Shown: positions 20,698-30,974, counted from the first letter of the stretch. The stretch is 64,000 nt of DNA from Lysobacteraceae bacterium (GCA_036496805.1 DASXKN010000029.1:345451-409450); one strand, 5' to 3'. A program made the numbers and translations. Notes: a model not told the origin generated them from the sequence alone.

Positions 20698-22413
20698 TCA
20701 GGTCTTCGGTTTCGCGATCCCGCTGGAGATGATGAAGATGCGTCCCGACTGGAAGCCGCGGATGCTGCTCCAGCCCGAGGTGATCAGCAGGTCGTCGCTG
20801 CCGTCGCCATCGACGTCGCCGATGCCGACCGCGTCGAAACCGAAGGTGTCGCCGGGCGTCTTGCAGGTGTAGGTCCTGAGCAGGCGGCCATCCATGCCCG
20901 AATACAGGTAGGCGCGACCGCCCGAGACCGCCGCGCCGCCGTATTGCCACGAACCGACGATCAGGTCCGCGTGGCCATCGTGGTCCACGTCGCCGGCGAC
21001 CGCGAGCGTGGTGCCGAAGCCTTCGCCTGCGGTCTCGCCGGTGAGCGTCAGCAGGCGATGGCCGTCGGCGCCGGAGTGCACGTAGACGCGACCGGTGCCG
21101 CGACCTTTCGCGGTGTTCGACCAGTCGGAGGCGTAGATGTCCGGCACGCCGTCGCCGTCGATGTCGCCGAGCACCGCGGTGAACATCAGGCCGAGCGCGT
21201 TGCCGGTCTCGTCCGATTCGATGACGAACTTCGGCTTCGCGTCGAGTTGGTCGTATACGTACACGCGCCCGGTCTTGCGCGGTCCCGCGCCGGGCGCGCC
21301 GACCAGCAGGAAGCGGTGCTTGCCGTCGCTGTAGCCGCCGACCGTGCTGCCGAAGGCGTCGCCTTCGCGCTCGCCGGTCAACGTGAGCAACAGGCGGCCG
21401 TCCTTGCCCGAATACACGTAGGCGCGACCGGCGCCCTTGCCGCCGGCATTGTTGTTCGGCGCGCCGACGATGACATCGGCATGGCCGTCGTGGTCGAAGT
21501 CGCCGGCGCTGGAGATGTGCTGGCCGAACATGTCGCCCTTGGCCTCGGCGTTCAACGTCAGCAGGACGTGACCGTCCTTGCCCGAATACACGTAGGCCTT
21601 GTCGCCATTCGGCGCACCCGCGGCGACATCCGCGATGCCGTCGCCATCGACATCGCCCGCCGATTCCACGCCGGTGCCGAGCTGGTCGCCGGGCTTGCCG
21701 TCGACCGACCAGACCAGCTTGCCGGTCTTCGTCGAATACACGTACACGCGTCCGGCGTTCTCGCCGCCGATGTTCTTGGTCGGCGCCGAGGTCACGAAGT
21801 CCGGCACGCCGTCGCCATCGACGTCGCCGAGCACGCGCGCGATCCAGCCGAACTGGTCGTCCGCCGCCTCGCCATCCCATTCGCGCACGATCTTCACCGG
21901 CTCGACGAAGGGTTCGGCGAAATCCGCGGGCGTCGGCAGCAAGGCCTTGAAGCGCGGATCGTCCTTCAGGACGGCAAGGTCCTTGTCGTTGAGGATCGGC
22001 GTCATGTCGAGGCGATGCGTCGCCTTTGCCTTGCCCAGCCACGCGAAAGCCTGCTCCTTGTCGCCGCGTTGCGCGCCCACGACACCGAGGTTGTACATCA
22101 CCTGCGGCGAGTCGGGCATCAGCTCCAGCGCCTTGTGCAAAGCGGCTTCCGCGCAGTCGCCGTGCTTGTCCTGGATGCAGGCGGCGCCGAGTGCGCGCCA
22201 TGCCATGCCGTTCCCAGGCTCGCGCTTCACCACGCTTTCGAGGATCGCCTGCGCACCAGCGGCATCGCCGGCTTGCAGCTTCGCCTGCGCTTCGGGCATG
22301 CCGGGCTCGGGCGTCGCCGCGTGCAGCGGCAGCATCGCGAGCAGGGCTGCGCAGAGCGCGAAGGCGAGCGGGGAACGCATGACGAACGAACGGCGGTGCG
22401 TGCGCAGGGACAT
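20698..22413 (-). CDS. secreted TPR + FG-GAP repeat (integrin-alpha-like beta-propeller) protein
   Basis: Signal peptide. N-terminal TPR-like region. At least 7 FG-GAP repeats (GDVDGDGxxD...GxGxAYVYSG). Start is ATG at 22411-22413 (alternative at 22380). Confidence 0.75.
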   Translation of the reverse strand: MSLRTHRRSFVMRSPLAFALCAALLAMLPLHAATPEPGMPEAQAKLQAGDAAGAQAILESVVKREPGNGMAWRALGAACIQDKHGDCAEAALHKALELMPDSPQVMYNLGVVGAQRGDKEQAFAWLGKAKATHRLDMTPILNDKDLAVLKDDPRFKALLPTPADFAEPFVEPVKIVREWDGEAADDQFGWIARVLGDVDGDGVPDFVTSAPTKNIGGENAGRVYVYSTKTGKLVWSVDGKPGDQLGTGVESAGDVDGDGIADVAAGAPNGDKAYVYSGKDGHVLLTLNAEAKGDMFGQHISSAGDFDHDGHADVIVGAPNNNAGGKGAGRAYVYSGKDGRLLLTLTGEREGDAFGSTVGGYSDGKHRFLLVGAPGAGPRKTGRVYVYDQLDAKPKFVIESDETGNALGLMFTAVLGDIDGDGVPDIYASDWSNTAKGRGTGRVYVHSGADGHRLLTLTGETAGEGFGTTLAVAGDVDHDGHADLIVGSWQYGGAAVSGGRAYLYSGMDGRLLRTYTCKTPGDTFGFDAVGIGDVDGDGSDDLLITSGWSSIRGFQSGRIFIISSGIAKPKT

Positions 22414-22522
22414 CGTTGCCTCGCGATCGGGGAGATCTCCGGAATTGCCGCGTGCTGCATCGAGCGAAGCCACGCTAGCACCGGGCGGCGAGCGCCAGCC
22501 CGTGCCGCAGGTCATGGCGTGC

Positions 22523-23086
22523 TCACCTGGCAGGATGCGTGGCGAGAAAGTCCGATCGCGTGAGCAGGTAGGACGGATGCATGCGCCCGGTCGGCTCGTA
22601 GAACTCGTCGCGGTCGTAGCGAAAGCCGAGTTTCGCCAGCGCCTTCGCCGAGCCCGTGTTGTCGGGATGGTGGCCGGCGAACAGCGCGTGCGCGTCGAGC
22701 GCGTCGAATGCGTAGGCGATCACCGCGCGTGCGGCCTCGTTTGCGAGCCCGCGCCCCTGGAAGGCCGGGCGCAGGTGGAAGCCGATTTCGTACACGTCCT
22801 CCTCGCGCGGATAAGGGCGCAGCCCGCAGCATCCGGCAAAGGCATCGTCCTCCATCTGGAACATCGGCCAGTACTGCACGCCGTGACTTTGCTGCTGTGC
22901 GATCTCGCGTGCGAGCCGCAAATGGATGGCGTCCGCGTTGAACGGACCGCCGATCAGGCGCGTGACTTCGGGGTCGCTCCACAACATCGTCGCCAGCGGC
23001 AGGTCGTCCTCACGCCAATGGCGAAAACCGACGCGATCCGTGCGCAGGAAAAAGGCCGGTGGCGGTTTGGCGTGCGACATGCTCAA
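22523..23086 (-). CDS. GNAT-family N-acetyltransferase (RimJ/RimL-like)
   Basis: GNAT acetyl-CoA binding region EIGFHLRPAFQGRGLANEAARAVIAYAF. Confidence 0.75.
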   Translation of the reverse strand: MSMSHAKPPPAFFLRTDRVGFRHWREDDLPLATMLWSDPEVTRLIGGPFNADAIHLRLAREIAQQQSHGVQYWPMFQMEDDAFAGCCGLRPYPREEDVYEIGFHLRPAFQGRGLANEAARAVIAYAFDALDAHALFAGHHPDNTGSAKALAKLGFRYDRDEFYEPTGRMHPSYLLTRSDFLATHPAR

Positions 23087-23134
23087 TTCATTTCCGTCGG
23101 GGCGAATGCAATGGATACGCCACGTCGCACATGC

Positions 23135-23617
23135 CTATCGCAGCTCCACCTCGCCCTCGATCTCCACCGGGATGTTGAACGGCAGCTCGGCCATGCCGAC
23201 CGCGCTGCGGCTGTGCGCGCCGATCCCGGGGCCGAACACCTGCAGGATGAGATCCGAAAAACCATTGATGACGCCCGGCTGGCGGTTGAAGCCGGGCGCG
23301 GAATTGACCATGCCGAACACGCGTGTCCACGCTGCGATGCGATCGAGGTCGCCGAGCGCGCGCTGCAGGCTGCCGAGCATCGACAGCGCGGTCAGCCGCG
23401 CGGCCTCGTAGCCCTGTTCGAGCGTGACCTCGCGGCCGAGCTTGCCCAGCGGTTCGGTGAACCAGCCGTTCGGGCTCTGCGGTCCGTGCCCGGAAATCCA
23501 TGCGCGTCGGCCGACGACGCGCACGAACTGGAACGGCAGCACGATGCCGGGTGGCGGCGACGCCGGTGGCGGCAGCGTCAGGCCGAGCGAGCGCAGGCGT
23601 TCTTCGATCTGGGACAT
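23135..23617 (-). CDS. RidA/YjgF-family protein
   Basis: Rid-family-like sequence. ATG at 23615-23617. Confidence 0.6.
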   Translation of the reverse strand: MSQIEERLRSLGLTLPPPASPPPGIVLPFQFVRVVGRRAWISGHGPQSPNGWFTEPLGKLGREVTLEQGYEAARLTALSMLGSLQRALGDLDRIAAWTRVFGMVNSAPGFNRQPGVINGFSDLILQVFGPGIGAHSRSAVGMAELPFNIPVEIEGEVELR

Positions 23618-23681
23618 GCAGGTTCCGGGTCGTGACGTGTAGGCCCTTCGCCCGCGCGCGTGCGGCGCTGGAGGTTCAGGG

Positions 23682-25061
23682 CTACCACCGCTGGATGATC
23701 CCACGCTTCACCACGAAGTCGATCTTCGTGGTGTTGTGGATGTCGATGCTCGGATCGGCACTGAGCACGACGAGATCGGCGCGCTTGCCAGGCGCGATCG
23801 TGCCGCGGGTGTCGCCTTCGCCCATCGCGACGGCGCCGACCTGGGTCGCGGCGCGGATCGCCTCGAGCGGGGTGAAGCCACAATGTTCGACGAGCAATGC
23901 CATCTCGGCGTGCACGAGCGGCATCACATGGATGTCGGGCTGGCCGTCGTCGCCGTCGGGAAACGCTTCGCTGTCGGTGCCGACGTCGATCGCCACGCCG
24001 TGCTCGTGGGCGAGCCTGGTGGCCGCGTAGCTCCATGGCAGGATGCCGGCGCCCAGTTCCTGCGGACGCACGCCCGCGACGTAGACGAAGACGTGCAGGG
24101 TGGCGTCGAGGATCGTGCCGTGCTGCTTCATCGCGTCGAACAGGGCGAGCAGCGCCGGCGAATCCGGAGCGATGTGCGCGAAGTCGCCGCGCGCGCGCAC
24201 GCCGTAGTCGTCCGGCACGGTGGGCGCCGCTTCCCAGACCAGATAGGGCGTGTGCGAGATCGTGTCGGCGCCGGCGTTCACCGCGTCGCCCGGTTTCGCG
24301 GGAAAGATCGTGGCGTGCGTCCACACCCGCAAGCCCTGGCGATGTGCTTCGGCGGCGATCTTCGCCACCAGGTCGGCGGGCAGGTTCGCGTAGATCTTGA
24401 TGCCGCTGGCGCCGGTGCCCCTGGCCTCGGCGATCGCCTGGCGGAGATCGGTGTTCGCATCGATCGCGCGCATCCACGGTGCCGTTCCGCGCGCCACGCC
24501 GGGCGCGGCGTCGCCCACGCGCGCATCCTTGGCGAAGAACGACGGGCCGCCGACGAGCGCGGAGTAGGCGATGTCGGGCCCGGGCATCGTGCCGGTCGCG
24601 GTCTGTTGCGCGAGGAAACCGAGCTGGCGCGCATTGCCGCCCATGTCGCGGATGCCGGTGACGCCGCCGAGCAGGAGCGCGCGCATGAAATCACGGTAGT
24701 GCGCCATGTCCGGCTCGACGTCGCTGATGTGCACATGCGCGTCGATCAAGCCCGGGATGACATAGCGGCCATGCAGGTCCTCGACCTTCGCGTCCTTCGG
24801 CGGAGGCTGGTTGTCGTGCTGGCGGATCGCGAGGATCCTGCCGTCCGCGATCACGAGGGTGGTGTCGGCCACCGGCGCTGCGCCGGTTCCGTCGATCACC
24901 GTGGCGTGCGTGAGCAGGGTCGTTGCTGTCGAGGATGGTGCAGCCGAAGCGGGTGCGGTCGATGATGGCGCCGTCGAGGACGGAGCCGTCGCTGCCGACG
25001 CCGCGGATGCGGGCGCCGACAGCACGAACAGGATGGACAGCAGCAGCGGGCTCGCCTTCAT
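23682..25061 (-). CDS. secreted metal-dependent amidohydrolase with low-complexity APSST-repeat N-terminal linker
   Basis: Signal peptide, then the repeat region (APSSTAPSSTAPASAAPSSTA). Amidohydrolase metal-ligand motifs IDAHVHI...HT...TDS. Confidence 0.75.
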   Translation of the reverse strand: MKASPLLLSILFVLSAPASAASAATAPSSTAPSSTAPASAAPSSTATTLLTHATVIDGTGAAPVADTTLVIADGRILAIRQHDNQPPPKDAKVEDLHGRYVIPGLIDAHVHISDVEPDMAHYRDFMRALLLGGVTGIRDMGGNARQLGFLAQQTATGTMPGPDIAYSALVGGPSFFAKDARVGDAAPGVARGTAPWMRAIDANTDLRQAIAEARGTGASGIKIYANLPADLVAKIAAEAHRQGLRVWTHATIFPAKPGDAVNAGADTISHTPYLVWEAAPTVPDDYGVRARGDFAHIAPDSPALLALFDAMKQHGTILDATLHVFVYVAGVRPQELGAGILPWSYAATRLAHEHGVAIDVGTDSEAFPDGDDGQPDIHVMPLVHAEMALLVEHCGFTPLEAIRAATQVGAVAMGEGDTRGTIAPGKRADLVVLSADPSIDIHNTTKIDFVVKRGIIQRW

Positions 25062-25119
25062 GCACCGTCCCCGGCGGTCAGCGGATGCGCCATGTTCGCA
25101 TCCGCGCCGGGTCGATGCA

Positions 25120-25980
25120 TCACTTCTGCAGGTTGAACGATGCCTGCGCCGGCACGCTGTCGTGGCGGTTGTTGTCCTTGAGCGTGACCTTGACCCGCCA
25201 TGTTCCTGCCGGATCGCCCGGGTTGCCGACGAAGCCGATCACCTGGGTCGAGAGGTAGGTTGCGTGCGCATCGCTGCCGAGCTGGCCGGAGAAACACACC
25301 GCGTCCGACTGCTTCATCGATGCCGAACCATCGGGGCGCGTCAGCTCGATGTCGCAGGTGACGTTGGCCTGTCCGGCGCGATCGAGCTGGGGGTTGGCGA
25401 AGAAGATGAGCACGAACGCCTTCTTGCCGCGCGCCAGGTCGCGCGCGACGGTGAAGCTCGGCATCGTGGTGGACGGCGTCTCCCACTTCGCCTGCCAGTT
25501 GGCGTCCGAGGTGACCACCACCCAGCCGCCGAATCCTTCGTTGCCATTGCCATCGGCCGCGCCCTGCGGGTTGGCACCCGGGGCGCCGCGATCGCCGGGC
25601 CGGGCCTGCGGGCCGTTCGCGCCCGACGGTCCATTGCCCTGCTGATCCTGGTATCCCGGAGGCGGCTGGTTGTCCTGATATCCGGGTGGTGGTGCGCCAT
25701 CGTCCTGGTAGCCGGGCGGAGGCCCTTCGCCTTGCTGGTCTTCGTAGCCGGGTGGCGGTCCTTCGTACTGCGAATCGTCGTAACCGGGCGGAGGCCCGTT
25801 GTCCTGGTATGCGGGTGGTGGTCCGTTGCCCTGTTGATCCTGATAGCCGGGAGGAGGACCGGCATCGCGCGGATATGGTTCGGCAGGCGCGGGATTGGCG
25901 GGCGGCGGATTGCCCTGCGACTGGGCAACAGCATTTGCGGAAAGCAGCAGCATTGCGGTGCAAACGAACCACGCCTTCAT
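25120..25980 (-). CDS. secreted protein with 7 tandem GPPPGYQDxQ decapeptide repeats and a C-terminal globular domain
   Basis: Signal peptide MKAWFVCTAMLLLSANAVA. The repeats are encoded at ~25610-25870. Confidence 0.6.
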   Translation of the reverse strand: MKAWFVCTAMLLLSANAVAQSQGNPPPANPAPAEPYPRDAGPPPGYQDQQGNGPPPAYQDNGPPPGYDDSQYEGPPPGYEDQQGEGPPPGYQDDGAPPPGYQDNQPPPGYQDQQGNGPSGANGPQARPGDRGAPGANPQGAADGNGNEGFGGWVVVTSDANWQAKWETPSTTMPSFTVARDLARGKKAFVLIFFANPQLDRAGQANVTCDIELTRPDGSASMKQSDAVCFSGQLGSDAHATYLSTQVIGFVGNPGDPAGTWRVKVTLKDNNRHDSVPAQASFNLQK

Positions 25981-26169
25981 GACGACGACTCCGATGAGCC
26001 CCGCGCGCGGGGCGACGATTCCATGCTGCGTGGCGGTCCGGAGAGGGTCAAGACGAACGCGGCTTGTGGAGCGGCTGCCGTTCAGGCGTTTCGTTCAGAC
26101 ATCGCTCGAGCACTGCGAAAGACCCGCGATGATTCAGCTTCGCGACGCTCCGGAAGCGGCGCGACGCGT

Positions 26170-26535
26170 TCAGTCCTTCGGCGAGCGATGCTTCACGGGC
26201 GCTTTCTTCGTCGCCGCGGATCCGGCCGATCCGGATTCCGTCGTGCCGCGCTTGCGCTCGGTGCGCCCTACGCGGCCCACGCTCGTCTTTTTCGCGCGCA
26301 CCTTGCGCAGCATGTCGTCGGCGAGCAGCACGTCCTCCGAGATCAGGCCAGCGGCCTTGGCGATCGCGATCTTCGCCTCGATCCCGCTCTCGTCGGGATC
26401 GACCTGCAGCAATTCGCGGATGGCCTCGCGCACCGCGTTGGCCGCGTCGCGCTTCAGGCGCGCCTTGTTGCCGGCGCGCGCCAGTCCGAGGATGGCATCG
26501 ACGATCGGCTTGAGCAGGGAGGCTTCGACGGGCAT
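26170..26535 (-). CDS. hypothetical protein, basic C-terminus (start uncertain)
   Basis: ATG at 26533-26535; an upstream in-frame MPTVS start is possible. No family recognised. Confidence 0.4.
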   Translation of the reverse strand: MPVEASLLKPIVDAILGLARAGNKARLKRDAANAVREAIRELLQVDPDESGIEAKIAIAKAAGLISEDVLLADDMLRKVRAKKTSVGRVGRTERKRGTTESGSAGSAATKKAPVKHRSPKD

Positions 26536-26684
26536 GGAGGTGTCCTGGATTTCCGGCAGTGCTGCATCATCGCAGGGCGTCGTCCCACGACGCGAGACCG
26601 TTGGCATGCGTGCCCCATCGCTGTGCGGGCGGTGGACGCCCGCGTGCCGGAAAGCTTGCAGGGCAAGCGCGCTCCGACAGGCAA

Positions 26685-27101
26685 TCAGCCCTTCGGCTTG
26701 CGGTTCTCGCGACGCACGACCAGCTTCAGTCCCGACCAGGTCGCGTCCACGGCGCACACCTTGACGTCCACCAGGCCCATCGGCAGGGCGACGGCGCGGA
26801 TCGTGTCCTCGGTGACGTCGCTGGGAACCTTCGCGGATTTCTTCGGCCACGACACCCAGATCGTCGCGTCGTCGCGCATCGCCGCGAGGCATTGCTGCAA
26901 TCGCGATGCCAGCGTCGCGCGCGAGGTGACGAACAGGTGTGCGATGTCCGTCGTCGAGGACGGCCGCGCGACCATGGCGAGGCCGTCCGGCAACGGTTCG
27001 AGCAGGGCGAGGTAGTCGTCCGGCGCGTCGGCAAGGTACAGCCTGCAGCCGGTCTTGATGCCGAGCTTCTTCGCCAGCGGCGTTCCCGAATAGCCGGCCA
27101 T
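26685..27101 (-). CDS. DUF3052-family protein
   Basis: N-terminus MAGYSGTPLAKKLGIK is characteristic of DUF3052. Confidence 0.65.
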   Translation of the reverse strand: MAGYSGTPLAKKLGIKTGCRLYLADAPDDYLALLEPLPDGLAMVARPSSTTDIAHLFVTSRATLASRLQQCLAAMRDDATIWVSWPKKSAKVPSDVTEDTIRAVALPMGLVDVKVCAVDATWSGLKLVVRRENRKPKG

Positions 27102-27152
27102 GCGCTCTCCGATGACGTGCTCGACGCAGTCGCTGGACCACTGGCGCTGTCG

Positions 27153-27548
27153 TCAGGCGTCCTGGACGATCGTTCCCTGATGGTAGGCGATCTTCCACCC
27201 GTCCCTGGTGCGGCGCCAGATCGTCGCGCGCCGGGTCAGGCGCAGGCCGTCCTGCAGCAGGGTGTAGGTCAGCAGGAAGACATCGGGCGCGAGCTGCATG
27301 CAATGGAAGTCGCGCGTTTCCCAGACGTCGTCGTGCGGCTGTGCGTGGCGTCGCTCGAGCACGTCGAGCACGTGCTCGCGGTTGTAGCGCTGGCCGGAAG
27401 CGCCGGTCTCGCGGAAGTCGTTGGTCATCATCGCGTCGAATTCCGCGCGCGTGGCGCCGAACTCCGGGCGATGGAAGATCGGTTCGCGTGCCGCGAGTTC
27501 CTCCAGCACGTCGAGCAAGGCTGGATCGGTTTCGCGTCCGGGTTCCAT
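27153..27548 (-). CDS. NTF2-like (DUF4440/SnoaL-like) protein
   Basis: ATG at 27546-27548. NTF2-like fold sequence. Confidence 0.55.
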   Translation of the reverse strand: MEPGRETDPALLDVLEELAAREPIFHRPEFGATRAEFDAMMTNDFRETGASGQRYNREHVLDVLERRHAQPHDDVWETRDFHCMQLAPDVFLLTYTLLQDGLRLTRRATIWRRTRDGWKIAYHQGTIVQDA

Positions 27549-27558
27549 CGGAGGCGGC

Positions 27559-27996
27559 TCAGGCCAGCGGATATTCGTAACGCACGAAGCCGCGGTTCGT
27601 CGCGACCTTGTCGTACAGCGCACGCGCGGTCGCGTTGTCGTGGCGGGTCATCCAGTACAGGCGGACGGCGCCGCGTTCGCGCGATGCTTCGGCCACCGCC
27701 TCGATCAGCGTGCGGGCAACGCCCTTGCCGCGCACGGTTTCGTCGACAAACAGGTCCTGCAGGTAGCAGACGTCGTGAGTCCAGATGTTGGCGTGGAAGA
27801 GATAATGGACGATGCCGACGAGGCGACCGTCCAGATGCGCGCCCAGGCCGTGGATTTCCGTTGCCGCGAGCAGGCGTTCCCAGACGAGACCGTATTCGGC
27901 GTCGGATACCTCGGTTTCGTAGAAGGCCTTGTAGCCGCGGGCGAGGACTTCCCAGGGTTCGCGATCCTGTGGTCGCAGCGGCGCGACCTCGATCAT
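27559..27996 (-). CDS. GNAT-family N-acetyltransferase
   Basis: GNAT motif LFVDETVRGKGVARTLIEAV. ATGA overlap with the upstream MmcQ-like gene. Confidence 0.75.
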   Translation of the reverse strand: MIEVAPLRPQDREPWEVLARGYKAFYETEVSDAEYGLVWERLLAATEIHGLGAHLDGRLVGIVHYLFHANIWTHDVCYLQDLFVDETVRGKGVARTLIEAVAEASRERGAVRLYWMTRHDNATARALYDKVATNRGFVRYEYPLA

Positions 27997-28382
27997 GCGG
28001 CGGCCGTCTTGTCATGCGCCTTGCGCGCGTTCGCCGTGGTGCCGACGGCGGAGGCGTCGCAGGCGGCGACCAGCTTCTTCGGCGCCTTGTAGCGCCAGGC
28101 CTGCGTGAGCAGGCCTTCAACGACTCGCGGCTTTGCGCTGTCGAGGGCGACGCGCAATCCCCGCACGCTTCCGCCCCAGAACAGCTTGTCGAGGCAGTCC
28201 GGCTCCAGCGCCAGCGCGGTCTCGCGCGTTTCCTCGTCGACGAAGACGTGCAGCAGCGCTTCGCCCGGCGGCACCGTGGCAAAGATCTTGCCGTGCACGC
28301 GGAACGAGGCGTATTCGAAATGCGGCGCCTCGGCTGCCTCGGGCAGCGACAGCGCGAAACGGCGGACCTGGGCGATCTTCAT
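27993..28382 (-). CDS. MmcQ/YjbR-family DNA-binding protein
   Basis: Typical YjbR pattern (PEAAEAPHFEYASFRVHGKIFATV). Confidence 0.7.
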   Translation of the reverse strand: MKIAQVRRFALSLPEAAEAPHFEYASFRVHGKIFATVPPGEALLHVFVDEETRETALALEPDCLDKLFWGGSVRGLRVALDSAKPRVVEGLLTQAWRYKAPKKLVAACDASAVGTTANARKAHDKTAAA

Positions 28383-28605
28383 GCCTTACCTCCCGTGCCT
28401 TCGCCCCGCCTTGCGGGACGGAGGCCGACACGATACCCGCTTTTCGTCATGTCGGCCTTTACGGCCGTCCCCGGTCCGCCGGTCGGGCATTGTTCGCCGG
28501 ATGGAACGGTGAGGGTATCGTTTGCGGCCTGTGGCAAGCTTCCTGCGCCCCCATTTCCTGCCCCGACGCGAGGAGCCATCGGGCTCCGCGAACTGGAGAA
28601 CCGAC

Positions 28606-29472
28606 ATGAAGAAGATCCTCGGCTTGCACAGCGCCCCGCACGGCCACTGGGTGGGCGATGGATTCCCGGTGCGTTCGCTGTTTTCCTACGACGGACTCGG
28701 CCGACAACTCAGTCCCTTCCTGTTGCTCGACTACGCCGGGCCGCGCCAGTTCGAGCCGGCCACGAACAAGCGCGGCGTCGGCCAGCATCCGCATCGCGGC
28801 TTCGAGACGGTGACGATCGTGTACCAGGGCGAAGTCGACCACCGCGACTCGACCGGTGCCGGCGGCCACATCGGTCCCGGCGACGTGCAGTGGATGACTG
28901 CCGCCTCGGGCATCGTGCACGAGGAATTCCATTCGGAAACCTTCACCCGCAACGGCGGCACCCTGGAGATGGTGCAGTTGTGGGTCAACCTGCCGGCGAA
29001 GGACAAGATGGCCGCGGCCGGCTACCAGACCCTGCTCGACCGCGACATCCCTTCGGTGCCGCTCGCGGGCGAGGCTGGTCGCGTGCGCGTGATCGCGGGC
29101 GAGTTCGAAGGCCATCGTGGCCCGGCGCGCACGTTCACGCCGATCGAAGTCTGGGACGTGCGCATGAAGCAGGGCGGTGCGACGACGCTGCGCGTGCCCG
29201 AAGGCCACACGCTGGCGCTGGTCGTGCTGCACGGCGGCGTGCTCGTGAACGGCGAGCAGGTCGCGCGCGAGGCGCAGTTCGTGCAGTTCGACCGCGAAGG
29301 CAGCGAGATCGCCATCGAGGCCAACACCGATGCGACCTTGCTTCTGCTCGCCGGCCAGCCACTGGACGAGCCCATCGTCGGCTACGGTCCGTTCGTGATG
29401 AACACCCGCGACGAGATCGTGCAGGCGGTCACCGACTTCAACAGCGGCAAGTTCGGAAGCGTGGGGGCGTGA
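28606..29472 (+). CDS. pirin-family protein (bicupin)
   Basis: GGAGA RBS upstream of the ATG at 28606. Pirin metal-ligand motifs HPHRGFETVTIVYQGEVDHRDSTG...E. Confidence 0.85.
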   Translation: MKKILGLHSAPHGHWVGDGFPVRSLFSYDGLGRQLSPFLLLDYAGPRQFEPATNKRGVGQHPHRGFETVTIVYQGEVDHRDSTGAGGHIGPGDVQWMTAASGIVHEEFHSETFTRNGGTLEMVQLWVNLPAKDKMAAAGYQTLLDRDIPSVPLAGEAGRVRVIAGEFEGHRGPARTFTPIEVWDVRMKQGGATTLRVPEGHTLALVVLHGGVLVNGEQVAREAQFVQFDREGSEIAIEANTDATLLLLAGQPLDEPIVGYGPFVMNTRDEIVQAVTDFNSGKFGSVGA

Positions 29473-29487
29473 AACCTGCCTGGTGAA

Positions 29488-30006
29488 TCAACCGGCGTCC
29501 TCGACGAGCAACCGTTCGTAGATCGCCAGGTCGCCGGCCGAGTGGCAGCAGAAAGCCACTTCGTCGATGCAGGTCTGCGATCGCAGGATTTCGCGCACGG
29601 TGGTGATAGCGATCTGCGACGCCGGTTCAACCGGATAGCCGTAGACGCCGGTGCTGATGCACGGAAACGCGATCGTGCGCAGCCCGTGCGTCGCGGCGAT
29701 CTCCAGCGACCGCCGATAGCACGAGGCGAGCAGGGCAGCTTCTCCGTTCCTGCCGCCTTGCCAGACCGGGCCGACGGTGTGGATCACGTGGCGGGCGGGC
29801 AGGCGATGTCCGCGGGTGATCCTTGCATCGCCGGTCCTGCAGCCGCCGAGCAACCGGCATTCGTGCAACAGGTCGGGACCCGCCGCGCGATGGATCGCGC
29901 CGTCGACGCCGCCGCCGCCGAGCAGCGAGCTGTTCGCCGCGTTCACGATCGCATCCATCGCGAGCGTGGTGATGTCGGCGCGCAATGCGCGAAGTACGAT
30001 GGTCAC
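29488..30006 (-). CDS. macro-domain protein (O-acetyl-ADP-ribose deacetylase YmdB-like), GTG start
   Basis: Motif [27 protein letters not shown] matches the YmdB core. GTG at 30004-30006 gives a YmdB-like N-terminus ([13 protein letters not shown]). Confidence 0.75.
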   Translation of the reverse strand: MTIVLRALRADITTLAMDAIVNAANSSLLGGGGVDGAIHRAAGPDLLHECRLLGGCRTGDARITRGHRLPARHVIHTVGPVWQGGRNGEAALLASCYRRSLEIAATHGLRTIAFPCISTGVYGYPVEPASQIAITTVREILRSQTCIDEVAFCCHSAGDLAIYERLLVEDAG

Positions 30007-30019
30007 GGCGACGCAGCCA

Positions 30020-30424
30020 TCACCAGCCCAGCACGTTCTTCCGGTATTTCGACAGGCCCTGCGCATTCCATTCGAGCATGTCCTCGGTGCGCAGGTTGAA
30101 GACGATGCCCCAGGCCTCCGGGATGTTCCGCAGCACCCACGGCGTGTCCACGGAAATGTACAGGCCATGCTCGGGGTTGGCATCGCAGTAGGCCGACGCG
30201 CCCGCCTGTGTGGTGAACGCGAGCAGCCATTCGGAACCGTCGGCCTTGGACGCGGTGACCGGCCGCCAGCCGGTGATGACGCCGTTCTCGATCTGCGGCG
30301 GATGCGATGTCGGCACGTACAACTTGCCGGCGACCAGCAGGTCCATCATTTCCTTGCCGCCCATCTTCCCCTGCTTGGCCAGGCGAAGCGCTTCGTGTGC
30401 CTTGGGGATGGCTTCGTCGGTCAT
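30020..30424 (-). CDS. SseB-family-like small protein
   Basis: Weak resemblance to the SseB N-terminal domain (GKLYVPTS...WLLAFTT). Confidence 0.45.
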   Translation of the reverse strand: MTDEAIPKAHEALRLAKQGKMGGKEMMDLLVAGKLYVPTSHPPQIENGVITGWRPVTASKADGSEWLLAFTTQAGASAYCDANPEHGLYISVDTPWVLRNIPEAWGIVFNLRTEDMLEWNAQGLSKYRKNVLGW

Positions 30425-30467
30425 GGCACGGGCTCGCAGGAAAAACCGCGAATCGCGGATGTCCCGA

Positions 30468-30842
30468 TCAGTCTAGCGCGGCATGCCGAGGCACGTGCCT
30501 GCGGACGAGCGGCGGCGGCGCGGCAAGTTGCCACGCCTGCTCCAGCCATGTCGGCACGAAGGCGCGCTCCGCGGTGGGCAGGCGCATCAGCACCCACGGG
30601 TAAGCGCGGTAGTGATCGGTGACGTGGAAGGTTTCCGGGTACAGGGTCATCAGGCGCTCGCGCTCTTCCCAGCTCGCGCGCAGCACGATGGTTTCGCGAT
30701 CTTCCTTCAGCCGTACCATCAGCTTGCCGCGCACCTTGAGCGCGGGCGTGCCGTAGGAAGTCGATTCCTCCACCTCGGGCAACGCGAGGGCGAGTTGCTT
30801 GAGCTCGTCGAAGGTCAGGCCGATGGCTTCCGTCTTGCGCAT
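30468..30842 (-). CDS. MmcQ/YjbR-family DNA-binding protein (second paralogue)
   Basis: YjbR-like sequence (ESTSYGTPALKVRGKLMVRL). Confidence 0.7.
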   Translation of the reverse strand: MRKTEAIGLTFDELKQLALALPEVEESTSYGTPALKVRGKLMVRLKEDRETIVLRASWEERERLMTLYPETFHVTDHYRAYPWVLMRLPTAERAFVPTWLEQAWQLAAPPPLVRRHVPRHAALD

Positions 30843-30974
30843 GACGGTTTCCGAAGGAATGAGGATGCTGCGAACGCGACTCGCAGGATGGTGTGCGGAA
30901 GACGTCCATGCGGCCCTGCGATGGTGGCAGCATAGTCCAACGCGGGGACGGCGAGGCCGTCCCCGCGCCAGGCA

